From an archaeon (GTDB lineage Archaea; EX4484-52; WAPT01), in contig JAPDKB010000008.1 in assembly GCA_029258795.1 (NCBI GenBank), forward strand, positions 75,920-139,919: DNA of 64,000 nt. The letters are read 5' to 3'. A program made the translations under genes and the position numbers. Numbering within the stretch: position 1 is the stretch's first letter; each line of letters opens with the position of its first letter. The notes under the pieces are model-generated. The model saw only the letters and a list, made by a program, of their open reading frames with translations. It ran no database searches and was not told where the DNA came from. This document shows, piece after piece, positions 1 to 9,448 of this stretch.

Positions 1-434
1 TTGTAAACCTGCATCCCTGTTCCCTCCGCTTGAACCCAGTAGAGCACATACTCTCCATCAACATCTTCTATCCTCATACAACCCCTATCCACACCCTCAA
101 AATTCACTCTCATGTTCAGAACGTACTTTCGATTGCCGCTTTCATAAGTTATACCGTTTTCAGCTATGAGCTTGGACGTTATCATTCCATGCGATGCGTA
201 GTCAAGAACTGTTTTCATCATCGCAAATATTAGCGCTGGCTGTTCCTGACTTTCCTTTATCATCGATATCTCGAATTTCCCTTTCTCTATGAAATTTCTC
301 AGCACTTCACCCTCTATTATTTGCATCGCCTCAAAAGTTCTGGTTAGCATAACCCAAGAGGCAAAAGCTACCCACACCATCAGGAGTAACGCTACTGCCA
401 AAACCGATGCAAATCCCTTATCCCTATCTTTCAT
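1..434 (-). CDS. Pilin-like protein, partial (runs off window start). N-terminus MKDRDKGFASVLAVALLLMVWV looks like an archaeal class III (prepilin) signal peptide.
   Basis: Open frame from ATG at 432-434 to position 1 with no stop. The ATGA overlaps the upstream gene's stop. A K-G motif precedes a hydrophobic helix. Confidence 0.45.
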   Translation of the reverse strand, partial: MKDRDKGFASVLAVALLLMVWVAFASWVMLTRTFEAMQIIEGEVLRNFIEKGKFEISMIKESQEQPALIFAMMKTVLDYASHGMITSKLIAENGITYESGNRKYVLNMRVNFEGVDRGCMRIEDVDGEYVLYWVQAEGTGMQVY

Positions 435-1123
435 TTGAACACCTCTGCTGTTGCAATCCCTTCAGGTAACTCTTTGTTATTGGCATTAACAAATAAGAGT
501 GTGTAATTTACTGCGGGATAATATTCTTCAGATGGTGTAGGGATAAACACTTCCTCCTTGAAAAGATACTTACCCCCAACACACTTACCAACATCGTAAG
601 GGTAACGGAGATGGTGCTGCCATGTAGGTGTATTCACAAACTTGTTATAAAAAACTCTCTGGGGAAAGTGTCTCTCCCCACTGCCAACTATAGAGGGTAG
701 AGAGGGTGGGGGTGTGCATTCATCCGGCCCTTGCGGAGATGGGAGCATTAGCTTTACTGTGTTGTTCAGATTGACTTTACCCTTAACACCACCATAATCA
801 ATATACACTTCACTCCATCCAGGAATGAAATGATTAACTTGAGATAAATCGTGCTGCGCTCCGTAAGTGTAAATGCCCAGCAGTTCATCAATCTGGAGTG
901 TGCTGCGCTCACCCGAGTCAAGTGTTGGTTTTACATTGAAGTATGTTAAATAGGTGGATGCGTTTCTCTCCGTAGCGTAATACTGAATTACAGCCCCGAT
1001 TGACTTGAAATTCTTCAGCCACGGCATGAAAATGGAGATGACTAGTGTTAATGTTATCAGGAGCACGAATACAGGTAGCTCCAATCCAAGCGCCTTATTT
1101 CTGTATTTTTTAAACATCGTCAC
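431..1123 (-). CDS. Hypothetical membrane-anchored/secreted protein (N-terminal TM helix)
   Basis: 230-aa ORF whose N-terminal hydrophobic stretch LELPVFVLLITLTLVISIF follows a basic region. It overlaps the flanking genes by 4 nt, indicating an operon. Confidence 0.5.
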   Translation of the reverse strand: MTMFKKYRNKALGLELPVFVLLITLTLVISIFMPWLKNFKSIGAVIQYYATERNASTYLTYFNVKPTLDSGERSTLQIDELLGIYTYGAQHDLSQVNHFIPGWSEVYIDYGGVKGKVNLNNTVKLMLPSPQGPDECTPPPSLPSIVGSGERHFPQRVFYNKFVNTPTWQHHLRYPYDVGKCVGGKYLFKEEVFIPTPSEEYYPAVNYTLLFVNANNKELPEGIATAEVFK

Positions 1124-1599
1124 CGCCCTTCAAGAGTTACGTTCAGGTATGTGAATTCCACGATTACTGGATATCCGTCATCTGTGGATAGATGATACTT
1201 CATGGTAGCGTTTAGTTTTTTCCCTGCCACGTTTTTGAAGGTTTTTCTGGAAAGTACATTATTAAAGTCTGGAGTGTAGATTGTTATGTTGAGAATGTAT
1301 TCAATATCATCTCCAAGACAGGGTAGTGGTGCGCCATCGGGTGTGCTTTCTATAAACGTTCGGTTTAAAATGAACCACCTTCTATTGTTTAGAGAGTCGT
1401 TCGCAAGCAGGCAGCTATCGGTGATTATCTTGTTGGCGTAAGCTTCCATTAATCTGGCTCTGGCTAGCTCATCTATCGTTTTTGCGTTCATACCGGATTC
1501 AGCTTTATATACTAAGAGAGCTGCTGATGCGATTATGATGAGCACCATGGCACTAAATACCTGGGTGTATGGGAGCCCTCCTTTCATTGCTTTCAACAT
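1120..1599 (-). CDS. Hypothetical pilin-like protein (MKGG + hydrophobic N-terminus)
   Basis: 159-aa ORF with N-terminus MLKAMKGGLPYTQVFSAMVLIIIASAALLVY. Translationally coupled to its neighbours. Confidence 0.5.
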   Translation of the reverse strand: MLKAMKGGLPYTQVFSAMVLIIIASAALLVYKAESGMNAKTIDELARARLMEAYANKIITDSCLLANDSLNNRRWFILNRTFIESTPDGAPLPCLGDDIEYILNITIYTPDFNNVLSRKTFKNVAGKKLNATMKYHLSTDDGYPVIVEFTYLNVTLEGR

Positions 1600-2078
1600 A
1601 TATTCTCACCTATATTACAGCAGGATTTATTCGATGCATCGCAGATCATTATATATGGAGTGCAGTTCAAAATCTTCTTGACCACGCACAACTCTTCAGC
1701 ATTGGTTACTGCGGAGCTAACCACATTGGATATGTTGTGACGAATATGATAGGTTATGTTCCTTGAAGGGGTGTGAAGCACAACCACCAACTTGGAATCT
1801 GTCAAATTGACTGTAAATTTTGGGGTTATTGATGTGTATATACTGTATCCTTGTTCCGAAGAGGAAATTTCCAAGAGGAGTGCGTAGATGGTGGAAGCTG
1901 TGTTTTTGGCTATGATTCTCGAATCCATAAGTATTTCTCTGTAAGAATTCAAGTAATATGATGCGACCAAGAACGCAATAATTACCATTATGCCCGTAAC
2001 TACTAACATGGTCTGCGTCTCGTCCTCCATTGATAGAAATTTGTGTTTCAACCCATATAAAGCTTGAGAAGTAGGCAT
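1593..2078 (-). CDS. Hypothetical membrane-anchored protein, first gene of the pilin-like operon
   Basis: 161-aa ORF with a TM helix MLVVTGIMVIIAFLVASYYL near the N-terminus. It overlaps the downstream gene. Confidence 0.45.
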   Translation of the reverse strand: MPTSQALYGLKHKFLSMEDETQTMLVVTGIMVIIAFLVASYYLNSYREILMDSRIIAKNTASTIYALLLEISSSEQGYSIYTSITPKFTVNLTDSKLVVVLHTPSRNITYHIRHNISNVVSSAVTNAEELCVVKKILNCTPYIMICDASNKSCCNIGENIC

Positions 2079-2123
2079 AGGGTAGGAAACGGTTACTGGT
2101 GCTTCTGGATTGAAAAATTCGAA

Positions 2124-2249
2124 TGGTGCCCCCGCCGGGATTTTCAGCTGCGGGACAGCCCTAAGGTTTCAAGCTTTGCTTCCGCAGCATTTGAACCCGG
2201 GTCATCGGCTCGAAAGGCCGATATCCTTGCCTGGCTAGACTACGGGGGC
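2124..2249 (-). tRNA. tRNA-Glu(UUC) with a ~47-nt intron in the T-loop (position 59/60)
   Basis: Reverse complement reads GCCCCCG-TA-GTCT..GGAT-A-TCGGC-CTTTCGA-GCCGA-TGAC-CCGGG-TTCAAA[TGCTGCGGAAGC...CGCAGCTGAAA]AT-CCCGG-CGGGGGC-A-CCA. The acceptor stem pairs 7/7 and the anticodon is TTC. Confidence 0.7.
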
Positions 2250-2354
2250 AACGAAAGATACATTTCTCGTGAGATTTATTAATTTTTTCCTACTGCCAGT
2301 TCGGGCTTGTAAAATAATAAAAATAAAAAGGAGGCAGCAGTGCATGCCCATTTT

Positions 2355-2642
2355 TCACTCCTTCGCCAGAACTATGGTAATGGAAGAGACATTCACTTCC
2401 TGTCCGTTCTCTGATTTCAATGTGTCGGTTGCGATGCTGATGTCCTTCACTTTGACATCGGGGATGAACCTGTTCCTCACTATCTCCGCTACATCCACTG
2501 CCCTGCTTATCGCTTTACCTCTCGCCTTTATCACCACTTCCTTGTTTCCTTTCTCGTTGAACTGAGTTACCACAGCTAGCACATAGCTCATGGCTGGCTT
2601 GTTACCCACAAGCACTGCATTGTCTTCCTGCGCCATCTTCAT
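2355..2642 (-). CDS. albA: DNA/RNA-binding protein Alba
   Basis: 95 aa. Motifs [40 protein letters not shown] are typical of Alba/Sso10b. Confidence 0.9.
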   Translation of the reverse strand: MKMAQEDNAVLVGNKPAMSYVLAVVTQFNEKGNKEVVIKARGKAISRAVDVAEIVRNRFIPDVKVKDISIATDTLKSENGQEVNVSSITIVLAKE

Positions 2643-2715
2643 GCACCTCCTTCAAGCTGTTGTTACTTAACTACCTCAACATTTGCGCGAGAAAATATTT
2701 AAAAATAAGTCAAAA

Positions 2716-3309
2716 TCACAGCATGTCCTTAAGCTCGCTCCATTCAAGCTTTTCTTCCAGCCTTTTTCCATTTGTGTTGATGATGTACAGCTCCGGCTTC
2801 CTGCTGCTGAAATCATAATACAACCCTATAAGCTTTTTGAGCATACCTCTGTCCATCGTGTTCTTCACAACCTCATCCTTCATCATCAGTTTTATCTGTC
2901 TGTGAACGTTCTCCTTTGCGAGCTCATCAACATCATTTGTGGGTAGCGTGCCTCCAAAAACCTCGTTCTTTATTGTGTTTATCGCATCCTGTATGTAAGG
3001 ATTCTCATCCCCTCCCTTAATCACGGCTTTCATCATCCCGCAGTTGTTGTGTCCGCAAACCAGTACAACCTCAATCCTCAGATGCTCCACACCATAATAA
3101 AAGGTTTCTTTGTTGAAAAAGTAACAATTTCCCGCGTTGCTGATTGTAAATACCTCTCCCGGCTGAAACGTGAAGCCAGTTAACATCTCGCCTTTTGGCA
3201 CGCGGGAATCTGCACAGCATATCACCATGTACTTTGGTTTCTGTCCTTTTAACAGGTCCTCACCGTAAGATGGTATATTACTTTCTTCCATCAGAATCAC
3301 CTCCACCAT
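2716..3309 (-). CDS. Beta-class carbonic anhydrase
   Basis: The CADSR (CxDxR) and HNNCG (HxxCG) zinc-ligand motifs are present. Confidence 0.8.
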   Translation of the reverse strand: MVEVILMEESNIPSYGEDLLKGQKPKYMVICCADSRVPKGEMLTGFTFQPGEVFTISNAGNCYFFNKETFYYGVEHLRIEVVLVCGHNNCGMMKAVIKGGDENPYIQDAINTIKNEVFGGTLPTNDVDELAKENVHRQIKLMMKDEVVKNTMDRGMLKKLIGLYYDFSSRKPELYIINTNGKRLEEKLEWSELKDML

Positions 3310-3392
3310 TATTAACAGGAAGTAGATAACTTCAGAAACACATAAAAATATTTTGAAAGAGCAGAATGTATATCACATTGTTTTTGTCATGT

Positions 3393-3517
3393 GGGCCCGT
3401 AGCTCAGCCTGGACATTTTGGAAAGCTGGGCTTCATGTGTTTCCGGCTTTCCAATCCAGAAAGAGCGGCAGCCTCCTAAGCTGTAGGTCGCGGGTTCAAA
3501 TCCCGCCGGGCCCGCCA
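3393..3517 (+). tRNA. tRNA-Arg(CCU) with a ~48-nt insertion (putative intron) in the D-loop
   Basis: GGGCCCG-TA-GCTC-AGCCTGG[A-CATTTTGGAAAGC..GCTTTCCAATCCAGAA]A-GAGC-G-GCAGC-CTCCTAA-GCTGT-AGGTC-GCGGG-TTCAAAT-CCCGC-CGGGCCC-G-CCA. The insert forms a 9-bp hairpin (TTGGAAAGC/GCTTTCCAA). Confidence 0.65.
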
Positions 3518-3519
3518 CT

Positions 3520-3807
3520 TCATAATTCTTTCTTTTTCGAGTAACTGGCAATGTATCGATACAGCGCTCTCTTCTGCTCCATGGATATGTGGAGAGTTTC
3601 TTCAATCGCTTCAATGATTCTGTCATCTTTCTGAAGCTCTTCGTATTTCAAATATCTCTTTTCATTTCCTTTTCGGAGGTACACCCCACTACCATCCACA
3701 CATAAAGGGATGTGCGCTTCCAGGAATCCAAGACATAAAGCGATGTTATTGTTTCTCTCTTTCAATCTATCCTGCAAATATGAAATGAACCCAAGGACTT
3801 CATTCAT
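3520..3807 (-). CDS. Hypothetical protein (95 aa)
   Basis: ORF only, no recognisable motif. Confidence 0.35.
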   Translation of the reverse strand: MNEVLGFISYLQDRLKERNNNIALCLGFLEAHIPLCVDGSGVYLRKGNEKRYLKYEELQKDDRIIEAIEETLHISMEQKRALYRYIASYSKKKEL

Positions 3808-3910
3808 AATGGAAGAATCCGAGTTGAGAGTTAAATTTTTAAAGTTCCCAATATATCTTAGTTATTGCAAGATGTATGAAATATCTTGCAAAAACTTGGA
3901 GTGATATAAA

Positions 3911-4315
3911 ATGGTTGACGAGGTTGAGAGGATCAAGATGGATAAATTGAAGAGACTGATGGGGAAGATGCAGCAAAATGAAGGCGATGTTGGTATGGTG
4001 ATGGATGTTGATGAGAGGGGTTTCGATGAAGCCGTGCTTAAAAGTAGTGTGCCAGTGGTGGTGGATTTTTGGGCGGAGTGGTGCATGCCGTGCGGGATGC
4101 TCGCGCCAATATTTAAGGAACTTGCAAAAGAATATGCAGGAAAGCTCAAGTTCGTGAAGGTGAATGTGGATGACAACCCTGTGTTGGCAGCCAGATATGG
4201 AGTGCAGGGAATACCCACACTGGTCATCTTCAGAAATGGTAAAGAAGTTGAAAGGGTTGTTGGGGCTTATCCAAAAGCCGTGCTCAATGAGATTCTGGAT
4301 AGAGTGTTGGGATGA
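3911..4315 (+). CDS. trxA: Thioredoxin
   Basis: [10 protein letters not shown] active site (WCxxC) and the [10 protein letters not shown] thioredoxin-fold motif. The true start may be an internal Met. Confidence 0.85.
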   Translation: MVDEVERIKMDKLKRLMGKMQQNEGDVGMVMDVDERGFDEAVLKSSVPVVVDFWAEWCMPCGMLAPIFKELAKEYAGKLKFVKVNVDDNPVLAARYGVQGIPTLVIFRNGKEVERVVGAYPKAVLNEILDRVLG

Positions 4316-4321
4316 TGGAGC

Positions 4322-4765
4322 ATGAGCAGCGGTAAAAAAGGCAGAGTGCTTAGCGATGACAAATTTGAAAGCGTGCTCTCCAAAGCGAAGAGGGTGGTGG
4401 TGATCGGTCTTTCCAGAAATGAATACAAGGCATCAAATATCATAGCTAGGCAACTGGCAGAAAAGTACGAGGTAGTGGGAGTTAATCCTGCAGGAGATGT
4501 TGAGGGCTTTAAAACCTATTCTGATATTGAGGAGATGGCAGGAGAGGTTGGCGAAGCGGACATAGTTGTTGTGTTCCGCCCTTCCGAAGAGGTTGGAGAG
4601 ATAGCAGAAAAGCTCCTCAAATCCGGGTTGAAGTTTCAGGTGCTATGGATGCAGGAAGGAATTGAGAACGAGGGGGCTGCGAAGCTTTTGATTGAGCAAG
4701 GAATTGATGTTGTCATGAACAGATGTATGGGGAAAGCGCTTCACATGCTGGAGAAAAATTTTTAA
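4322..4765 (+). CDS. CoA-binding domain protein (YccU-like)
   Basis: RVVVIGLSRNEYKASNIIARQL...VVGVNP is the Rossmann-like CoA-binding signature. Confidence 0.7.
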   Translation: MSSGKKGRVLSDDKFESVLSKAKRVVVIGLSRNEYKASNIIARQLAEKYEVVGVNPAGDVEGFKTYSDIEEMAGEVGEADIVVVFRPSEEVGEIAEKLLKSGLKFQVLWMQEGIENEGAAKLLIEQGIDVVMNRCMGKALHMLEKNF

Positions 4766-4802
4766 ACGAGATGTATATAACTCAATATATTAGTGTTGCA
4801 AT

Positions 4803-5396
4803 ATGATGCCCGTCTACAGGGATAGTGGCGGGGCGCACTATTTAGTTCAGCTGCGTTTGCCACCCCAGGAGCTCGATCTCAGCCCCCTGAATGACTATAC
4901 AAGGGATGCTATTCTTGTCAATGATGTTGCTTATATGGTGGCTAAAAAGAAGGAGGAGTATCAGACAGGCGGCCATTCGGAGAATGAACATTCACTAGTG
5001 TTCTATCCTTCGAGCATTTACGTCAGCGGGAAGGATCCAAAAGATGTGTCAATTTTTGATGAGATTGCTGTTGTGAGGTATTTTACTCTTCCAGGCAACT
5101 ACTCGAATATAAGTGGAGGAACCGATGTGACTAAATGGTTCTGGAGAACCTTTATTGCTTTCTATGGCGATAAAAATCTGGAATATGCAAAAATAACTTG
5201 TGGAGGTATACCTGCTCTCCCGAATTATAGAGTTATCAAAAAATTGAAAGATATAGATATCAACCTTAAAAACCTCGAAAAGGAAGGAAAGTGTGTGTGG
5301 CTTGAGGGAACATTACGTATGGTTGAAATGAAAGAGCCTGACGAATTTCTGGAAGACGGATTTTATTCCTTTCCTCATTCCCACAAATACATATAA
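4803..5396 (+). CDS. Hypothetical protein (197 aa)
   Basis: ORF with coding-like composition and no motif recognised. Confidence 0.5.
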   Translation: MMPVYRDSGGAHYLVQLRLPPQELDLSPLNDYTRDAILVNDVAYMVAKKKEEYQTGGHSENEHSLVFYPSSIYVSGKDPKDVSIFDEIAVVRYFTLPGNYSNISGGTDVTKWFWRTFIAFYGDKNLEYAKITCGGIPALPNYRVIKKLKDIDINLKNLEKEGKCVWLEGTLRMVEMKEPDEFLEDGFYSFPHSHKYI

Positions 5397-5456
5397 AAAC
5401 CAAAAACAACAAACAGATCTTGCCGTTCAGAATTTCATGAATTATGAATGTTGATT

Positions 5457-5699
5457 TCATTCCATCAATGTGTCCAGCGCTTTCTTCACCTCTTCAACAA
5501 CACCTTTATCGTAAGGCAGGGCTATGCTTCTCTTGAAGCGCTTCTCGTTCTCCCTCGTGATGAAACCTCTAGAAAGAGAGATGAATTCGTTCTCTCCCTC
5601 GCTCGTTATGGCTTTCTTGTGCGCAACTTCCAGAAAGTTGTTTCCACCAAGCTGCACATCCATACTCTTTATGGTTTCAAACTTCACCACGTTCTTCAC
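5457..5699 (-). CDS. Hypothetical small protein (80 aa)
   Basis: ORF only. Confidence 0.4.
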   Translation of the reverse strand: MKNVVKFETIKSMDVQLGGNNFLEVAHKKAITSEGENEFISLSRGFITRENEKRFKRSIALPYDKGVVEEVKKALDTLME

Positions 5700-5811
5700 C
5701 CCTTTGCAAGTTTGTCCATCCTTAACCTTTCTCTGGAAGATTTATATAGCTATGCAGACATGCGTGCCGATAGAGAAGAAAAATTTTGGTTTTGCTCCAT
5801 CCGATTGAGCT

Positions 5812-7644
5812 TTAATCAACCAGCACCCTCAGATTGCCAAGTGCAACGGCCTGCAGTACTTTCTTGCCGGCATCGCTCTTCTTTTTGACCCTTATCTGCC
5901 CTCTCTTGCCTACAGTTGCAGAAAAGAGAAACTCCTCGCCCTTGTAAACATCAACGTTCTTGCCGACCAGCTTTCTGTCCACCTCGATGATAACCGAGCC
6001 GGAAGCTTCCCTCACCCTGAAGGGTATGGCTTTTTTCAACGTGTCAACTATCGGCTCGACAGAAAGCCTTATGCCAACGAGCTCCTCCAGCTTGGCTATG
6101 TTCCTGCCCTCCTTACCAATAACTTTCGGCACATCCTCCTTCTTCACCCTCAGTACAGCTCTGTTCGGTCCGACTATCTCAACGCTGAAGTCCTTTATGT
6201 AGCGCTTCAGAATTTGAGTGAGCCGCTCCTCAGCAAGCTTGGCTATGGTCGATTCCTTAGCTTCCCGGACCTTCATCACCACCGTCTGCTCTCCGTAGGT
6301 GTAAATCTCGTACTCAAGCTTGCCCGTCTCAAAATCTATGACCTCCACTATTGGCCTCGCAAGGTCCTCAGCGGTCATGCCAGAAGGCACGCGCACATTC
6401 AAGTCAAGCACGTAAACCTTCTCTATCCTTCCGTTCTTCACGAAAATTATCGTGTCCACTATATGCGGAATCAAGCCCAGCTCAACTCTTTGGATGAAAC
6501 GCTGCACCGCATCTATTGGCTGGGTGGCATGAACCACACCCACCATCCCAACTCCCGCTAATCTCATATCCGCAAAAACCTTGAAATCGTGGGTGGTGCG
6601 CAGCTCATCATAAATGGTGTAGTCGGGCCTCACAAGCAGAAGTATGTCTGAGGTTTTGGCCATGTCTCCTTCAAGGGGAGCGTATTGAGTTATCTCTGCG
6701 CTGACCTGCAAATCTCTCGGCTGCTCCATGGTTTTGACTATCTTGCCCTTGGACGCGTAGAATTCAGCGAGAGCCTGAGCAAGCGTGGTTTTTCCATGAC
6801 CGGGAGGGCCGGCTATCAGTATGCCCTCAGCCCTCTCTTCCAGCCTTTTCTTCAGCTTGTCCGAGAGCTTGTAGTCCTCAAGCGTGACCTTCAGAATCGG
6901 CCTAACCAGCGTTATCTCCATCGCTTCAGAGAATGGTGGGCGTGTTATCGCTATCCTGTAGGAGCCAAGCTGCACAACGGTTGCGCCCTTCCTGCTTATC
7001 TCCACCATGGCCTTTTCGTCCATTCTAGCGCGTTCCATTATCTCTCTCGCAAACTCCTCCAGCATCTCTCTGGTCAAGACCACATCATCCACATCCACCA
7101 GCTTGAAAGCTCCAGGCTTTCCTCTCTTTGCCTTTGGTCTGCACCCTTCCTTGAGGTGAAGAGACATCGTGTCCTTCGTGATCCACCTCTCTATTGATAG
7201 CTTTTCCGGCATCTCGTGCTCCACATATATGATCTCTATACCCAGAGCTTCAGCACCCTTGGCTTGGATCATATCGCATGTTATGAGCACACCACCCATC
7301 TCTTTGGCAACGTCTCTTATGAGCGCGTCTATCCTCCCGCTCCTCGCAAGCTGAATCTCCTCAAGCGTGGGCTTTCTTCCTGCCTCTTTAAACTCGATCC
7401 CCCTCTTTTCACATTCCTCCCTTATCATCTTGAGCTCCTCAAGCCCCTCTATCCCTATCTCTCTTCCCCTGTTGGCCTGATTTTCAAGCTCAGAAATCAC
7501 GAATTCAGGAACAACTATGATGTCGTTCTTCTTTATTCTTCCTTCTTCCATCAACCTTCTTACCACTCCAGCGATTATGGCTGAAGTGTCAGGTACATAC
7601 ACTTTTCCTTTTGTTTTGCTTTTCGTTTTGCTTCCCATTTTCAA
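5812..7644 (-). CDS. PIN-domain ATPase with C-terminal KH domain (COG1855-type, PilT-family ATPase)
   Basis: N-terminal PIN (VYVPDTSAII), Walker A GPPGHGKTT, C-terminal KH (VIGKEGRNIAKLEELVGIRL). Confidence 0.85.
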   Translation of the reverse strand: MKMGSKTKSKTKGKVYVPDTSAIIAGVVRRLMEEGRIKKNDIIVVPEFVISELENQANRGREIGIEGLEELKMIREECEKRGIEFKEAGRKPTLEEIQLARSGRIDALIRDVAKEMGGVLITCDMIQAKGAEALGIEIIYVEHEMPEKLSIERWITKDTMSLHLKEGCRPKAKRGKPGAFKLVDVDDVVLTREMLEEFAREIMERARMDEKAMVEISRKGATVVQLGSYRIAITRPPFSEAMEITLVRPILKVTLEDYKLSDKLKKRLEERAEGILIAGPPGHGKTTLAQALAEFYASKGKIVKTMEQPRDLQVSAEITQYAPLEGDMAKTSDILLLVRPDYTIYDELRTTHDFKVFADMRLAGVGMVGVVHATQPIDAVQRFIQRVELGLIPHIVDTIIFVKNGRIEKVYVLDLNVRVPSGMTAEDLARPIVEVIDFETGKLEYEIYTYGEQTVVMKVREAKESTIAKLAEERLTQILKRYIKDFSVEIVGPNRAVLRVKKEDVPKVIGKEGRNIAKLEELVGIRLSVEPIVDTLKKAIPFRVREASGSVIIEVDRKLVGKNVDVYKGEEFLFSATVGKRGQIRVKKKSDAGKKVLQAVALGNLRVLVD

Positions 7645-7738
7645 TTCACCAGAACATTCAATTCTCTACCACTTTTAAAAAAGTTGTGGGAAAAAGAAAA
7701 AAAGCTCCCTGCTGCTGCGCTTCTTCTTTCAAGCTGGC

Positions 7739-8077
7739 TCATGCGATGTTCTCCGCTATGTTGCCCACGATGGGCAGCTTGAAATCCTCGTGCTTTATCG
7801 CTTTGATCATGCACACTATCCAGAGCACAAATCCAAGAAGTCCGAGCAGCACTCCTGTAATCCAGCCCAGTATTGGAATGAAGCCGAGCACGAACTTGAT
7901 CACGAAAAGTCCGAGAAACAGCACCGTTGATTGTGCTGCATGAAACCTTACATACCTGCTCTTCTTTTCGACCAGCAGAAATATTATTCCAGTCACAAAT
8001 CCGAGCAGGTATGCAAGAAACGCTTCCACGTTCTCGGCCATACCAAGGCTTGTATCTCCACCTTTTTTCTCAGCCAT
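7739..8077 (-). CDS. Small membrane protein (DUF4870-like)
   Basis: Three TM helices. The RFHAAQS motif is typical of this family. Confidence 0.6.
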   Translation of the reverse strand: MAEKKGGDTSLGMAENVEAFLAYLLGFVTGIIFLLVEKKSRYVRFHAAQSTVLFLGLFVIKFVLGFIPILGWITGVLLGLLGFVLWIVCMIKAIKHEDFKLPIVGNIAENIA

Positions 8078-8113
8078 TTCTTTTCACCTCTGTTGATTTA
8101 AATGATCAGAACC

Positions 8114-9031
8114 TCAGCTCACCACCGCCATGTAAGATATCTCCACAACCTGTGAACCGATGGTGGATGAGATTCCATAAGTTACGCCTTCCTTAACCAC
8201 CACTCCGCTTATCTCATCCCCGCTGACTTGCACACCACTTGCCTGATACCCTTCCTTTGAAAGCTCGTTCACAAGCTCTTGTATATCCTCACTGCTAACT
8301 GCGCGTGGCACAGCATAGGATAGCACAACATAATTTGCTGTGCCGGTGCTCACCGTACCTACATCTGCCAGCTTTGCCCCTCCAAAGATGGAGATCAAAA
8401 CAGGCCTTATGTCCTCATCCAGCTGTTGCGCGTATCCTGAAGGAGGTGTGACGTCAGCTGCTGACTCGTAGTAATCTTCCTGTGTGCTCTCACCTTGTGA
8501 TGTCTCACCGGTTTCACCACAGGGTTTGGACAAATCGAGATTGATAAGTGTGTATTCTTTATCGCCGATCTTTACCAGTCCAACATCCACGTACAATATG
8601 TTGTTACCTTTTGAGAAAGTGAGTGACGTTCCCTCAACATAATGCATCGTGCCCACCCCCGGCACCACAATTCCGGCTCCTGCGGAAGAGCTCTTGCTTT
8701 CAAGATTCCAGCCATCGTTCTCCAGCTCGGAAGTGTAAAACTCAACCGCACCATCCATCTTGTTACCCTTAAGGTAGTATGAAGCGCTCTCAGAACATTC
8801 ATCGAAAGAGTAGCTCACTCTTGTGGTGTCCGGATAGCGGGGCACACCATCTATATCTTTATCTCCAACATCATGCTTGGGAAGAAGCAGCTGAGCTGCA
8901 TTTTCGACAACGCTCGTTGATGGCTTCCCACCACCTATGCAACCGCTTGCCAGAACAACGACAAAAACCAGAGACAAGACCGCAAATGCGCTTTTAATCG
9001 AAATTTTTTCTTTTATCATCAAGTTCACCAC
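8114..9031 (-). CDS. Secreted lipoprotein-like hypothetical protein
   Basis: Signal peptide followed by a lipobox-like LASGC. Ser/Thr/Gly-rich mature region. Confidence 0.6.
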   Translation of the reverse strand: MVNLMIKEKISIKSAFAVLSLVFVVVLASGCIGGGKPSTSVVENAAQLLLPKHDVGDKDIDGVPRYPDTTRVSYSFDECSESASYYLKGNKMDGAVEFYTSELENDGWNLESKSSSAGAGIVVPGVGTMHYVEGTSLTFSKGNNILYVDVGLVKIGDKEYTLINLDLSKPCGETGETSQGESTQEDYYESAADVTPPSGYAQQLDEDIRPVLISIFGGAKLADVGTVSTGTANYVVLSYAVPRAVSSEDIQELVNELSKEGYQASGVQVSGDEISGVVVKEGVTYGISSTIGSQVVEISYMAVVS

Positions 9032-9184
9032 AATTTTTTGTTTTAATTCACTTTGTTCAAAAAATTTATATAAGTATCTGGTTGTTCTGAAAAGAGACGA
9101 AATTCGAACTTTTTATTTGTTTAAATTTTGATGTTTCTGGTTAAACCGCAATCTTTTTATGATGATTTGAACAAAAACTGATTC

Positions 9185-9448
9185 ATGGGATTGCATGGAG
9201 TGTGCACACGTCCAGACCACAAATTCGATATGGACTCTGTGGAGATGATATATGATCCGGAGACCAATACAGAATACTTGTGGGGGAAGTGTCTTGTCTG
9301 CGGAGCACCGAGAATAGAAAAGAGGCATCCCGGTTGTTCTGAGAAACAGCAGGTAAGCGCGAGAGAAATTTACAATACATTACTCGCGCTTAAAGAACAT
9401 GAGAAATACCCCACCATCATCCCTGTTACCACCTACACTTCCCACTAG
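9185..9448 (+). CDS. Hypothetical small protein with a CxxC motif
   Basis: ORF whose 3' end overlaps pyrF. It may be spurious. Confidence 0.3.
   Translation: MGLHGVCTRPDHKFDMDSVEMIYDPETNTEYLWGKCLVCGAPRIEKRHPGCSEKQQVSAREIYNTLLALKEHEKYPTIIPVTTYTSH

Noticed and set aside
30-233. 67-aa plus-strand ORF at the window start
   Set aside because: It lies antisense to a longer open frame with a convincing class III signal peptide (the partial gene at 1-434), so it is a likely shadow ORF.
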